64,000 nt of DNA from Gnetum montanum (GCA_015680685.1 MNCI01000651.1:1913832-1977831); one strand, 5' to 3'. Positions 40,969-54,724 are shown, counted from the stretch's first letter. Numbers and translations are program-made. Notes: generated by a model not told the origin, from the sequence alone.

Positions 40969-43900
40969 GATCCCAAATGAGCCATTCATCAGAGGTCTTT
41001 GTAATAGCCTCACTACTAACATCCTTAGTAGTTGAGATACACATATCATTGAAAAAATAGATCTTGACTATGCCTCACCACATATCACTAGATTCAACTA
41101 CTAAGTACCATGGTCTCAGCCAGTTTCCCAACCTCACATGAACTTACAAATCAAAATCCAAGGTAGGAAATCCATCCAAACCCTTGTTCTTGTGGGGTAA
41201 TTCTCACTAAAGAACACTCTACTTCTACATGTAGGCAAAGGCATCTAAAAGATTTACAGCTCCCACTACCAACTAAGTAAAATTAGTTACATAAATATTA
41301 TTTATTCCAAAAACCAAAAATATTTCAAAAAATAGTTCAAATTCAATAATAGCTAAAATTCCATAAAAATTCTCATAAAATCATGTTTATATCAAGAGAT
41401 AATCCAAAATCATCATAAAATATCCAAGAAGGAAGTTGGGCAAAGTTTTCAAAATTCCAAAAACTCACTAGAAAGATAGAAATATTCTAAACAACATTAA
41501 AATACTAATTTCCATATAAAAAAGGGTTCAAACTAACAAAACTTTGGCAAATTTTTGGCATAATAATTAATATCATGAAAAAATAATGAAAATATAGAAA
41601 AAAAAGAAAGTGTAAGTTTATTTCAAAATCATTTGTCTAAGTTTATTTCTTTTCTCTTCCTTCTAACTAATACCCTGAACATCCAAATACTTGTAACAAT
41701 CATATATGGACTCTAAATCAAATTTTGTTTAAATCTACAAAATCTTTATCAAGTGCACTACATGACCCTATGCCAAAATCATATTTGAGCTTTATTTAGC
41801 ATAGTGGCCTACTTTAAATGCTAAAGCATTTACAGTATTTTTAGCAAACTAAAAATGTGATATGTTAAAAACTATAACTCCAATTTTAGTAAACCAAGCA
41901 TCACAACTAACATTTTTAAACATCTTGGACATATCAATATTATCAAATTCCATGTCGTCCATCATTCTAAGTTACTTCCTCAATAAAACTAATTTACAAA
42001 ATATCTAATTTTAATTAAAAATGAACTCCAAATTCTAGTTAATGATTATAAATGACAAGAAATATGGTCTAGATAGGATCAGGATCCAAAATTACTCCAT
42101 AAATAGAGTATTATATTATCATATGTGTATAATATGAATAAAATATGCATAAATAAATGTGCATGATAAAGAATAAATGTCCATAGTGAATTTGCATAAT
42201 AAATTTTGAATATAAATAAGTAAATATGTATAAAGAATAAAATATGCATTAACGAATACTTGTAAAGGCATTATAACTGACAAAAAGGAAAAATTTCAAG
42301 GGTAATTAGATTTTAACATTTGATCATAACATATAAATTAGATATATGATTAAATGTCAATAATAGTAAAAAAAGGATATAAAACTTTAATAAAACACAA
42401 GCAACTTGCATTCACTTATGTAGAAAACTAATAATAATAATAATAGTAATGATAGTAATATAATCATATGATGTAACTAAGAAAATTAGATCTAATCTAT
42501 TAAAATGCATATGAAAGCATTAAAGAATTAGTCACATGCATTAAATTCAATAACTAAACCTTTACAAACTTTTAGGTTATGACATCCTCTTCTCCTTCAA
42601 GAATTTTTCTCCTATAAAATGTGGGAAAATTTAGTTCTCATATCTGCCTCAATTTCCCAGGTTACCTCTTGATTTCCATGTCATTCCCAAACAACTTTAA
42701 CCATACAAATTACTTTACTCTATAATTGTCTTTTTTTTATATCTATGATTCTTATGAGATAGTTTTTGGTAAATAATATTTGGTTATATATCTATTTCTT
42801 CACATTGTATAACATGGATTTAATCTAGAACATACTTCTTTAAGAGAGAAACATCAAAGACATTATGAATTTCTCCGAAACTTGGTGGTAATGCTAACTA
42901 ATATGCTACATTTCCAATCTTCTTAACTATTTCAAATGGACCTATATATCTCAAAGCTAATTTGTCTTTCTACTCAAATTTCTTTAGTCCTTTCATACAA
43001 ATACCTTCAAGAAGACATAATCACCAACTTGAAATTTAAGAGGTCTTCTTCTAAAGTTAGCATACTTAGTGTATCTATCCTAAGTAATCTTAATATACCC
43101 TTGGGCTATGAAAACCTTCTTTGTGGTTTGATCAATCAAGTTTTTTCTTAACAGCATTCTATCCTTCATTGTAGTCCAATAAATATGTGATCAACATGGC
43201 CTAACATAGAGTATCTCATAAGGAGTAGCTTTGATACTTTCTTGATAACTATTTTTATATGCAAATTTTTCTAAGGATAGCATCTCAACCTAATCTTCCT
43301 TATATTGAAGTGAACAAGTCTAAAGCATGTCTTGTAAGATCTAATTTACTTGATCTATTTGCACATCCATTTGAGGATGATAAGCAAAACTTATATTTGA
43401 TTTAGTATCCAAATATGCTTGAAATACTTGTCAAAATCTTGTATATAAACCTAAGGTCCCTATTAGATATTATCTTAACTAGAATCTCATCTAATCTAAG
43501 AATCTCCTTAATAAATGACTTAGCAATATCCTCAGTGGTTGTAGTGGAGTGGATAGTAAGAAAGTGAGAAGATTTTATTAAGAAATCCACCATTATTAGT
43601 ATAACATCATGTTTCCTTCTTATTGTTGGTGACCGTTTGGGACGTGACCACCAACGAGTGTCCTCGAATAGGATTTAGGTGCTTGCTAGTCTTTGGCAAC
43701 ACCAAGGCCCTTATACCTCCAAATAGACTCAGTAGTTAATGTGAGTATGTTTGTGTGCTATTGCGGCGTGTGGTTGTGAAAAATGAAACGATTGCGTTGT
43801 GTGTAAACTATGAATGACTTATCTTAAAGAGATTCAGCCAACTTTGCCAAGTACTGTGAGTTGTTGAGAGTTCCTATTTTGTTTAATTGCCTAGTCTATG

Positions 43901-44889
43901 CAGTCCTTCTAATACCTACTTGTAACAAATAAAATTTTGCAAAAAAAATTTGAGCACAACTCTACGAATCTACTTTTAATTTTCCCTAGAGAAAGAGATA
44001 GTTCCACAAGAAAACTAGAAATAGAGCAAGATTCGATGGAAATAGATAGAAAAGAAAGTAGATTTGCATGGACCTCAAATATTTAACAAGGTAAAATGAC
44101 ACGAGTAAACACTTCGCAATAAAGCTATCCCAAATTCAATATCTATGAATTGTTCAAACTTCCAAGGCTCAAATAAGCAATTTCTTCAAGACAATCCTAC
44201 TATGCTACCAAAAAATTGCTACGTAAACTATCTCCTACGAGACTCCATTTTGGCTAGATAATGGATATCAAAAGTTGCATTCAACAGAACCTTTAAAAGA
44301 CTTGACAATTCCTGATTGAAATACCATGGAGATTCACTTTAAAGATAAAAAGAAGCTATTTTGGTCCCATCAAAATTCCAAAGATTTTCTGAACCCTCTT
44401 GACTATTGAATTGTTCAACGGCATGACTACAAGCAGAGGCTCTCTTCCAACAATCCCAATAGCATTTCTTATATGTTGCACAATAATAAAATTTACTACT
44501 AAAATGCTCTTAAGGCTTTTAAACACAAGTGCTTCTATGGAAAAATTTTAATAGAAATTTTCTATCAGGCAACAAGAACAATAAGAGCAATCTAAAAATC
44601 CCAAGATTACTCGCCAAGGATGATACTATCTAAACCACTAGCTAGACAATTTAAACAAAATAAAAATAAAACATAACTCACAGGACTATGACAAAGAGGC
44701 TGAAATCTTTTCTTTAGCAAGCCATCTTATAAGCAATCATTCACAATTTCTTCTTTACAATGCTCTTCTCCCAAGACTCAAAGTGTGTCTCCAAGTGAGA
44801 GCCCAAGTGTCTTCTCAAAAGTGTGATATCCCCTTCCTCCCCCCCTGAAGCCTTTTTATAAGGTTCAAAAGGTAGGTAGGTAAGTTACA

Positions 44890-45170
44890 AAATATCTTGG
44901 GTGGTTATAACCACCATAGAGATAAAAAAGCTGTAGGTGAAAAGTGTCCTATTTAGTTGCCAAATGTCTTCATTCAGTTGCCAAGTGGCCCCATTTAATT
45001 GCCAAGTGGTCACCATGGAGATAAAAAGGTTGCAGTTGACAAGTGTCCCATGCAATTAACAAGTGGCCCTTCAGTCGCTAAGTGGTCACCATGGAGATAA
45101 AAAGGTTATAGTTGACAAGTGGCCTTGGTGGTGGTTATAACCACCATTTCAATTGACAAGTGTTCAATTC
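44890..45170. repeat. Short degenerate tandem repeats immediately upstream of the TATA box
   Basis: Recurrent ttgccaagtg / ttgacaagtg and ccatggagataaaaagg units. Confidence 0.7.
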
Positions 45171-45769
45171 ACATGGAACTTTAAATAATTTTTGCAAAAA
45201 TTCCCTTTTTAAATCATAAAATATTTTATTTTTATTTACATCATAGTAGTAACTATCATAGGAAGGTACAACTTCCATATGAATAAAAGGGATAATAGTC
45301 AAATGTCTCTTTGTCCCTAAATAATAGGTGTTTGTTGTTTTTCTAAAAAAAATCTCATTATCACTGAAAATTATACCACTTGCTAACGTCCAACAACTGA
45401 AGTAGAGAAGGAAAGAGGTCCAACAAATGATGCAGGTGTGGCATGCCCTAGGAATTAACAAATTTGCAGCAGCAACAAAGCTCACATGAGGATGTTCATG
45501 ACTCGTTAGTTGCAGGAGTGGAGCTAGTGGGGACCATAGGAGATGACAGTGGTGTCATTAGGGCTTGATGCAGGCCATGAATTTTATTCACTTGAAGCAT
45601 TCATTTTGTTTGCTTCAGCTAGGCAAGGCTGAGCAACGTGTGGTTGAGTGCATCAAGCGCAAAGAAGAAGGGACTCTAATCAGAAGCCAAGCTTAGATTG
45701 CGATGCTTGATACATTGATGCTCCTTCGTTATAAATCTGTCCATCAAGAATTGCAGAGCATTTTTTTGC

Positions 45770-46060
45770 ACTCTCGAATTTCGACATTCTCGGGGTCACC
45801 GGGGAATCACGAGAGAGCATGGGTGGCAAAAACCCTAATGATGGGGGCACAGACACAGAGGCAAAGTTTCACAACAGAAATAATAGCATCCCAGGCCTCA
45901 TTGGAAACCTTGGCATCATCGCGGAGGCATAGTAGAATTTTTGATGAAAAAAGGTAGGCACAGAATCTGATGGCCTTGCTGGCCGCATCTGTGCAAAAGA
46001 GAAGAACACCGAAGAATTCCTCTAGAAATGCATCGCACTCATCATTCACACCGCCATGAT
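45770..46060 (-). pseudogene. CAP-G: Captured fragment of condensin I subunit CAP-G (N-terminal HEAT region)
   Basis: CDAFLEEFFGVLLFCTDAASKAIRF...LRDDAKVSNEAWDAII..VKL.....PIIRVFATHALSxFPGDPEN resembles recalled plant CAP-G FLEDFL..LL....AAN..ARFR...LPDDAEVSNELWDEVI..MKLR..DK.P.IR.FAVRALSRF.ND.EN. Confidence 0.75.
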
Positions 46061-46276
46061 CGTATTTTCCTATTAATCTACATGAATTGCTGATAATTGT
46101 GATCAAAAGACCGGAGATAAAACTATCGTCTCCGAGGACATTGACATACAGAGCAACTCCAAGGCTCCTCATACTGTTAGGGACCTGATTGTGAGGCTGC
46201 TCAATAGAGGTTTTCATTGACAAGAACCATATCCTCCACATCGGATCTACTTCTGGTCATGTATAAAATTCAGGAT

Positions 46277-47205
46277 AACCATTGTCCCACTTTCTTCTTT
46301 GTATTCATCATGCAGAGCATTCAAATCAAAGAATGTCCAACCAGTGGAATCATCAAACCAAAGCAAGAGTTACTTGGCTTTGCAATGTTCACCTTCTTGT
46401 CAAGCCATAGTCTTACAGCAAGCACATCAACTGCCCCCAAATTTAGGACATTAACAAATTCCTCCCTTTGCTATAGAATTGGGCTATTTTGAATGATTTG
46501 TTTCAATGTTAATAATCTCCTAAGTCCATTGAAACAAATCATTCAAAATAGCCAGTACAATAGCTTCGGCTGAGAAATTCTCTATTCCGCAAACTACTAC
46601 TGATATATTTCCATTGGTTTCATCAATTACAAAGTTAGTTACTCTTTTATTGGACAGAAAATGACACCCTTTTGTCTTTAGGAGATGAACCCAAGGTCTG
46701 AAAATTTTCTCATGAACCATTCCACAACACCAAAGAACATCAAAATCTTGCTGATGCACAACAATGAAATAGTAAAACATTCCCAACGTTGTAGCTGCAC
46801 TGCATTGCTGCCTTGGAGCAAACAGTTCAACAAGAAGCATTGGGTTCAAAGCATCCTTGTAAACTCTCTTAGAGCAACCAAACTGCTTGAACAATTCCCT
46901 TGCAGTTTACTTATCATACTTTTCCAAGCACTGTCACTGTTATCAAAATTAATCACTAGATACATCAACATCCATCAATGGAAGTGAAGTCAAACGATCT
47001 TGTAAGGATAAATGTTTGAACTATGGATAGACAAATGAGCCCAGAGGACTAGGAAAACGAGGGAGATGTTGAAATATTGGTGATTCAACCTCAAGTCCGT
47101 TAGGTGAATACTGAGCCAAACGAGACCAATTAGTGAAAGGCTGTAAGCCTAGTTCTTGTGTGAGAGAAAATATATTACGGTATGGATACCAAAAACCATG
47201 AATCC
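46277..47205 (-). pseudogene. Captured intronless fragment of a FAD-dependent amine-oxidase / carotenoid-desaturase-like oxidoreductase
   Basis: IHGFWYPYRNIF, AQYSPNGLEVESPIFQ, DRLTSLPL, DFDNSDSAW, FKQFGCS, LFAPxQQCSAATTLGM, HQQDFDVLWC, EKIFRPW, VLAVRLWLDKKV, GWTFFDLNALHDEY; continuous over ~930 bp with few disablements. Confidence 0.85.
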
Positions 47206-48885
47206 AAACCTGTTTCATGAAATGGCCAACATGTGCCAACACGTATCTTTGGTAATTCCAAAATGAACTTCATGTTAATAATCTCCTAAGTCCATTGAGG
47301 TATATCATGAATATGAAGTAGTCCTCCTAGTTTCTGATGTTTAATTTTAACTCATTAAAAAACTAATCATTTGAAATAAATTTAGCTATCTCTTACTTCA
47401 TCTTAGGCCACCAATATTGTGTTCTTAAGATTTAAAATATTTTCTTACCTCCAAGATGCATTTGATATCTATTGGTATGAGCCTCCTCTAGCAATTTCTA
47501 CCTTAGCACTTTGGGAACATATAATTTGTGTTTAAATCTTAACTCATCCTTTTCTCCTTTGGGTAAATAATTAGAAGAAATATAAATTAATTTCTAAAGC
47601 TTTTCTTGAAAAAAATAATCTAAATTTTGTTCTTTAATAATATCATCCAGTAAACTTAATTGCATGACCAAGCTATTTATCTTTCAAGTCTTTCTACTAA
47701 GTGCATCTGTTACTACATTTAAATTTCTAGGATGATATTTAATATTAAAGTCTACAAGTAATTCAATTCATATTCTTTATAAAAATTTTAATTATATGTA
47801 CATCATAAGATATTGAAAACTCTTATGGGTTTTCCATAAAGTTAGTTTCTCCCAGATGAGAGGCAAGTAGTCCCTACATCCAATCATAAGAATCACAAGC
47901 ATTCACTAGCGATCTCGTCAAATTCTATGGACTTTAGTTCTCCAAATGCCAATGGCAAAGATAGTGATCTACAAGTGCAATCATTGTCTTCCTTGCTACA
48001 CTTATGTAAGCACAAGTGTATGGCTAATTGGAGCCAAGAAACATGATTTGTGTTAATTTTATATTTTTATATGACTTAATCTAAGTGTAAGATAAAGTAA
48101 TTGGTTAAGAATTAATCTAAGTAATTATCTAATGTCTTAGCCTATTTCCTAACATATGTATCTTGTCCCACCTTTCGTACACGTGCTAAATTTGTTAAAA
48201 CACTACTAGGTTACCTAGTAATAACAGTGCTAGGATTACCAAGCATTAATGTTATGCTCGAGGCAATCATACTTATCTGTATTAATTAAGTGTATTTAAT
48301 TAACTAGAAGGATGAAAGTAAAGCGCATGATTAATAAATTTCATAAAAGTAAACATTAATTTATTTCCAAGTGCTGCAAGGTATTTCAAGAATCTCATCT
48401 TTATTACCATCACATCAATGTGTCTAGGTACATTGGTGCTAAAATAAGGATCCACACAATTCTTAACTCCTACTACAACCACTTAGAAAATATTCTAATT
48501 TTTTTAGAAAGAAACTACAAAAACATCATTATGATACTAAATTTTCAATGCCATAAATGCAGTGGATATGCACATTTATATAGGTAGACTCATACATCAT
48601 GTCAATGCATCAACTCATGGGTCGATGAGGATGCATCAACATAGCTCAACAATGATGATTCATCATACCTTCACAACTAACTAAAAACTCATCCTCGAGT
48701 GAACAAAATTAGGATCAAGCTTTTTACAAAGTCTAGAAAGGTATGAAACCATAGACTGACTAACTGACTTGTCAAATTGTATGCATTTACAATGATTACA
48801 AAAATTGATGTTTAGGAGACAAAATTGAACATCCTTACAAAATTAATAGTTAGAACTCCTTTGATGGCCAAAGATGAAGAGAAGA

Positions 48886-51740
48886 TCAAATAGTGCTAGG
48901 AGGTGAAGGCTCCTGGGATACTAATAGACCTTCTTTGATCTTCGGTATCCATGGTAATGGTGGTTCAAGTTGAGGCCATTATGGTTGTCCTACTGTAGCT
49001 ACTACTTCTGGTGAAAGATGAAAGGCATCCAACAGTGCCTTCATCTTCTTCTACTTACTATGAGGATCATACATGGTTCATGTAGCATCACCAATGTGAG
49101 CTAGTACAAGAACATCCCATAAATAAGGCATGGCCAAAAACAACTCCTTGACATTCACGAATTAGACAATGAATTGTTTACATTCAATGTTAAACATCTT
49201 GATAAGGTTTTGGAGCTCCTAGAAATCATTCATTCTTTTGACCAAGTTCTCTATTACTAATCATTGATCTATGAAGTGAGTTCGAAGAACTTCAAGCTTT
49301 ACGTTAGCTATTTCCAACTTTTTCATCATGTCTTTGTGGTGCTTAAACTTTGCCTCATACAAGAGGTATGATCTTTTCACTTGTTTCTCTAGATCTCACT
49401 GTGACCTTTCGATAGTCAACATTGTCAAGTTTACATATCAAAGATTGGATAATTCCATGTACTCAATCATCTCCTTAATATATAACTCCTTTAGGTAGAT
49501 TTCAACTTTGTTTTATATGTTTAACCCATCAAAGATGGGTTGCCATACATTGCCTCCTTGTTGGATTTTTTGGAGGGCCTCATTCACTTTTGCCTTCACC
49601 AATTGAATGTTTTTTTACATTCACCTCCTTGAGAAGCCCAACGTGGTCCCTATACTAATTCTTTACTCATTTAAATTTTAAGGCCTCATTCTTCTAGGTG
49701 GCTACCTAAATTACTATTTTCTATTAAAGGGCATGAACTTCCTCCATCAAGAGATTTAGTAGCCATCCTCCTCAAATCCATGTTCACCTTGACAAGCTCC
49801 TCTTGCTGCTGTCACACAAATTCCACAAGTTGATCTTTTTTTGTCTCAAAATTTCATAGGTGGTGAATTTTCTTAGTTAGAGCTAGATTCTCCTTGTGGA
49901 CTTTTGACAACTCCTTATCAATGTTGTAGGTTATGGCCTCTACTAAGTATTGGTTGAAGATCACCATCTCCTTTGCATTCTCAGACTCAATGAAGTCTAT
50001 TTTAAAGTTGCAAGAAAGCTTCATCTCTTGTTACTACTTGGCTAAGAATGGTGGGATCAACTAATTGGGCTCTCAATTTTGCAACCTTAGTAGCCAACTG
50101 TTTATTTTTTGATGTAGTTGCTTTGAGTTGGACATTGGCAATGGTGAGCTTGTTTTAGCCTCTAGTAGCTCTGACTAGATAGTAGTGATGTTATCTGGGA
50201 GATCAAATATCTTCAAAAGCAATTGCTTGGTCCACACTAGTTAGTCCAACATCTCCTTATGCTAGGTTTCACTTAGCCTCCCACTTACACTTGTGAGCAT
50301 CTGCATATTTCTAAGTGCAACAATGTCCAACACAATAGCTGCATGAGTGTTTAGTGCCTTTGCTACGTAATTGGCCATCACCTTTACTATTGTCTCCTAT
50401 CCATGGTGCTATATCACCAAGACAATTGCTCCCTCACCCTCGTCAAGGCTCATCAAAAAAGTGGAAGCATTCCTAGAGATCTCTATGAATTGTTGTTATC
50501 CTTGGATGGACACCATCATCTCTTAGGCACTTAGATTTAACCTTTTAGCTTCTTGCATTGTTTGTGCAAAGGACACCGATGCATTCTTCTCCAACCAACT
50601 AATGGTTTGGGTAGCTTTGTTGAGATGACTCAACATTGGTCAATAGATTAAAGGTTTTCCACCACTTGGTCCTTCTTACTACTACTATAGAAGTTTCTCA
50701 TAGAGCTTTTGCATACACTTGAACATAGCAAGAGCATCCAAAATTATTTCTTGAGTATGTGGTATTGGTGGTGGTCATTTCTCTTCTTACAAATTGACAA
50801 ATGCTTTGTCCTTTATCATCTCCTACCAAGATGTGGCAAGAGCATGAGAAAGCACATAATTGGCAGAATAGGCTATGCCTCCCCTATTTCATACTTTTTT
50901 TATGAGGAATGGAAAGAAAAGTATCTTCTTCCCATGCTCATTCTCTTTAATCCTCTTTTCAATCTCCATGAACATAAGCTATAGAAGGTTAACAGGGAAT
51001 TTTTTTTCTTAGAGTGGTGCATGTGCAAGAAAATAAGATTGTGATTTTACTTATCTCCACCATTGGATTTAGGTGATAGGCCATGACTTTGAAATACACC
51101 CTCTCCACCTTAGTAAGTGTACCATACTCCTTATGATCCACTCCATAGCACCGTTGGATCCATTCTTTCTTGACTTAGAGGTTCACCTACCTTTAAATCT
51201 TAACCAAAGCTACTCCAATGTCTAGCAACCTAAGGGCCTCTAAAATGACCTCAACCAAATAGGATATACTAATGTCCTTGATCTTGACTGTGGTATCTAC
51301 TTGCCTATTGTCCTAAAAGAGGTACATCTCTCCCATGTACCTATCCCCACTAGAAATGAGGATAGGCCACATGGGAGAGGTCTATACTTGAGTTTTTACC
51401 TCTTCTAGCATCATGTCCATGAAGGAACCAAAATTAACTTCTTGAAGAACCAAACTTTTGATCTCCTTAGTGCCAATTTATCATAAGAAGGCCTTGGTAA
51501 AGGTGACCTTGAAATTCATTCTAGGCCCAAGCACCTTGTCTGAGTACAATGACTAATTTCAGCTATGGGAATCTAGTGAACAAAGTCCACTTTAGGATCC
51601 TCCCGAAGAGGTCCCATTACATGCGTTTCAGCTGCTTCTTATTGGGGATGCTATGGCTACTAGCCCCTTCTTCCTATTTTTCATTCATCCCTTAGTTGAG
51701 ACAATCCTTCCTCCTATGGTCTTTTGGGTCTCAATGTCAT
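48886..51740 (-). pseudogene. Extra (env-position) ORF of A3
   Basis: Colinear with 28318-31125 from start (MTLRPKRP) to end (EPSPPSTI*). Confidence 0.7.
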
Positions 51741-54364
51741 CTGTAATCACAACATAACCAAGAAATAGATTTTAATGTGTAACTTAGAACACTTTGATAC
51801 CTTGTCTTCTTGGCCAGTTACACTTAGGCTAAGTTGTGATTATGGTAGATTGATTATTTTAATATTATTTTATTTGAATAGCTACCCAAGTTCATTGGTA
51901 AGGTTTAACTTACATGAGCTACTAATTTTTAATATTATTTTATTAGTTATACCTTATGGAAGTTGGAAAATTTTTTAAAAAAATTTCATCAGAAACCATT
52001 GGTTTGTGATCCCCATGACATAAAGCTCATCTCCAATAGCTATAGGATCAAAGAATGAAGTGATTTGGAAAAGAGATTAAAAATTTGTGGGCTTGGGAAT
52101 GCTCTGGGCTCTAAAAATTACAAAAACTCCCTTGGTGTTTGTGAGAAAATGGCAAAACTTGGCTAAGTGTCAATGGGTATCTATAGTATTTTTTTGGTGC
52201 ATTGATGGGGATGCATCGATCCAAATAAAAAAATAAAAAAAATTTCTATTTAAAAACTAAATAAAAACAAATATTTTTTCCATAAAATTGGAGTCCAAAC
52301 AAAGCTAGAAAATTCTAGAATAATTGGAAATGCTTGAAGAGGGCTTGAAATGCATGACAAATGGAGATCTCTAGGAAATTTAATGTGCAAAGCATAAAAA
52401 CTAGAAGCAGCACAATGAGAAATTTAAGGTTTTAAGAGAAAAATGGCTAAGGGATAAGGAGTGTAACCATCCCAACCAAGAAGTATGTAAGTGGGTGTTG
52501 GCGACTGTTTGGGACGCGACTGCCAATGAGTGTCCTTGAACAGGATTTAGGTGTTTGCTGGTCTCTGGCAACACTAAGGCCTAGATACCTCCAAATAGAC
52601 TTAGTAGTTAATGTGAGTATGTGTGTGTGTTGTTGCGGTGTGCGGTTGTGAAAAATGAAATGATTGCATTGTGTGTAAACTACAAATGACTTATCTTAAA
52701 GCCCTTCAGCCAAATTTGCCAAGTACTGTGAGTTTTTGAGAGTTTCTATTTTGTTCAATTTCCTAGTCTATGCAGTCCTTATAATACCTACTTGTAACAA
52801 ATAAAATTTTGAAAAAATATTTGAGCACAACTCCATGAATCTATTTCTAATTTTCCCCAAAGAAAGAAATAGTTCCACAAGAAAATTAGAAATAGAGCAA
52901 GATTCAATGGAAATAGAATGGAAAGAATGCAAATTTGTGTAAAGATCTCAAATATTTAAACAAGATAAAATGATATGAGTAAACACTTTGCAATAAATCT
53001 ATCCCCAAATTCAATAACTATGAATTTTTCAAACTTCCAAGGCCCAAATAAGCAATTTCTTCAAGACAATCCTACTATGCGACCAAAAAATTGCTACGTA
53101 AACTAGCATGTACGAGACTCCATTTTGGCTAGATAATGGATGTCAATAATTTCATTCAACAGAACCTTCAAAAGACTTGAAAATTTTTGATTGAAATATC
53201 ATGGAGATTCACTTTAAAGATAAAAGAAGTTATTCTGGTCCCATCAAAATATCAAAGATTTTTTGAACCCTCTTGACTATTGAATTGTTCAACGGCATGA
53301 CTACAAGCAGAGGCTCTCTTACAACAATCTCAATAACGGTTCTTATACATTGCACAATAATAAAATTTACTACTAAAATGCTCTTAAGGCTTTCGAACAC
53401 AAGCGCTTCTATGGAAAAATTTTAATAGAAATCTTCTATTATGCAACAAGAACAAAAAGAGCAATCTAAAAATCCCAAAATTACTTGCCAAGCATGATAC
53501 TATCTAAACCACTAGCTAAAAAATTTTAAAAAAATAAAAATAAAACATAACTGATAGGACTATGAAAAAGAGGCTGAAATCTTTTTTTTAGCCAGTCATC
53601 TTACAAGCAATCTTTCACAATGTGTGACCCCAAGTGTGTGCTAGTAGTCCCCAATATCCATTTCCTCTTACCCCTGAAGCCTTTTTATAGGGTTCAAAAG
53701 GTAGTTACATATTTCAAAATATCTTAGCTAAAGTTTCTCCCAAGAAAGGAAGTTATAACTTACCCAACTAGTTAGGAGATATTTCTTGAATCTAGTTAGG
53801 AAGTTATACAAAAAATTAGGAGGAACTTATGCTAACATTGACATTTGTAAATATTACAAATATTTTATAGGCAACAACCTATACAATAATTTTTGAAAAA
53901 TAAATTCAAGACCTCAATCTTATGAGAGCTTCATTCAATTTCTATTTTAGGATTTTTAAATTCCCATTGTGTATAAAGCCTTAGTAATTCACTCGGGATA
54001 ATTAAATTAATGATAGGTCTTTAACAAGGGCTTCATACTATTATCGTATGTGAGAAATTGCCAAAATTATATTTTGACCACTAGACCATGTGAAATTGAA
54101 ATTTTATTTCTATAACTTCAATTTCGCACGTTCGGGTTTTGTATTTGTCTTCAGCGATGAATAAATTACAACTCTGATTTATCAGCATTGGCTAAAACAT
54201 CTCCTGGTTCTGCTAATTCGGTTGTACGCCTTTCTTATTGTGCCTTCATGTCTCTATTGCCGCATTCAATGGATTGGTATGGCTATAACAAATGCGTTGG
54301 CGTCAGGCACTGCTGCTATTTTTGATAAGGTTATTTGCAAGTTCACCATTGCAAAGTCTTCTCT

Positions 54365-54465
54365 TAAAGTAGTTTTCTAACTTCGAACATATCCTTTCAT
54401 TTGGAATGCATTTTAATCGAAGCGGTTCTAATAACGATATCTGCATTAAAACCCTTTCAAAAATC
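54365..54465 (-). pseudogene. Possible short PPR-gene fragment
   Basis: KGFNADIVIRTASIKMHSKxKDMFEVRKLL resembles PLS-PPR G...D..I.TALI.MYSKC.....ARKLF. Confidence 0.45.
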
Positions 54466-54724
54466 ATCCGATGATAACTGAAAGTTGTTATGCCCCTTCG
54501 AATATACATGTTAGGAAGCTGTTCAAGCAATGAGATGGAACCAAAACGCAACAACCAAAATGTATTCCCACGCATTGCCAATGAAATTTATGAAACAGTG
54601 CAGAGGCCAATAGGGTTTGATGGCATGATGATGATGTAATCACTTCTTAGCTGCACATCATAGACTACCATGTAGAACAAGAGCTCACTGATGTAGTTGC
54701 AGTGCTAGAGAAGGGGCTAGTTTA

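Larger units (their letters stand above)
43624..47241 (-). mobile_element. TG...CA element (putative 3.6-kb solo LTR) carrying host-gene fragments, copy 1
   Basis: Ends TGTTGG...CCAACA; TSD cttat/cgtat (4/5); removal restores the interrupted integrase; 43624-~44880 homologous to 52496-~53705; last ~35 bp homologous to 55810-55844; minus-strand TATAAA at 44855-44860. Confidence 0.85.
41000..47853 (-). mobile_element. Chromovirus (Tekay-like) 3' fragment: RNase H end, integrase, chromodomain, PPT, 3' LTR; split by the 43624-47241 insertion
   Basis: Minus strand: YHPRNLNVVTDALSRK, HTNRYQMHL, PQWTxEIINMKFILELPKIR | RKHDVILIMVDFLIKSSHF, AYHPQMD, RYIGPFEI, VKVVW...EVTWEIEADMRTKF; PPT gaaggagaagagga then TGTCATA at 42584. 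Left LTR boundary uncertain. Confidence 0.8.

Noticed and set aside
46277-47205. Horizontal transfer from a cyanobacterium or a plastid insertion
   Set aside because: The family has plant nuclear members and the neighbouring fragments are eukaryotic; host capture is simpler, though a phylogeny would settle it.
43624-53705. The two 1.2-kb direct repeats read as paired LTRs of one 10-kb element
   Set aside because: Each belongs to its own TG...CA unit with its own TSD in a different host element; no PBS/PPT or shared TSD.
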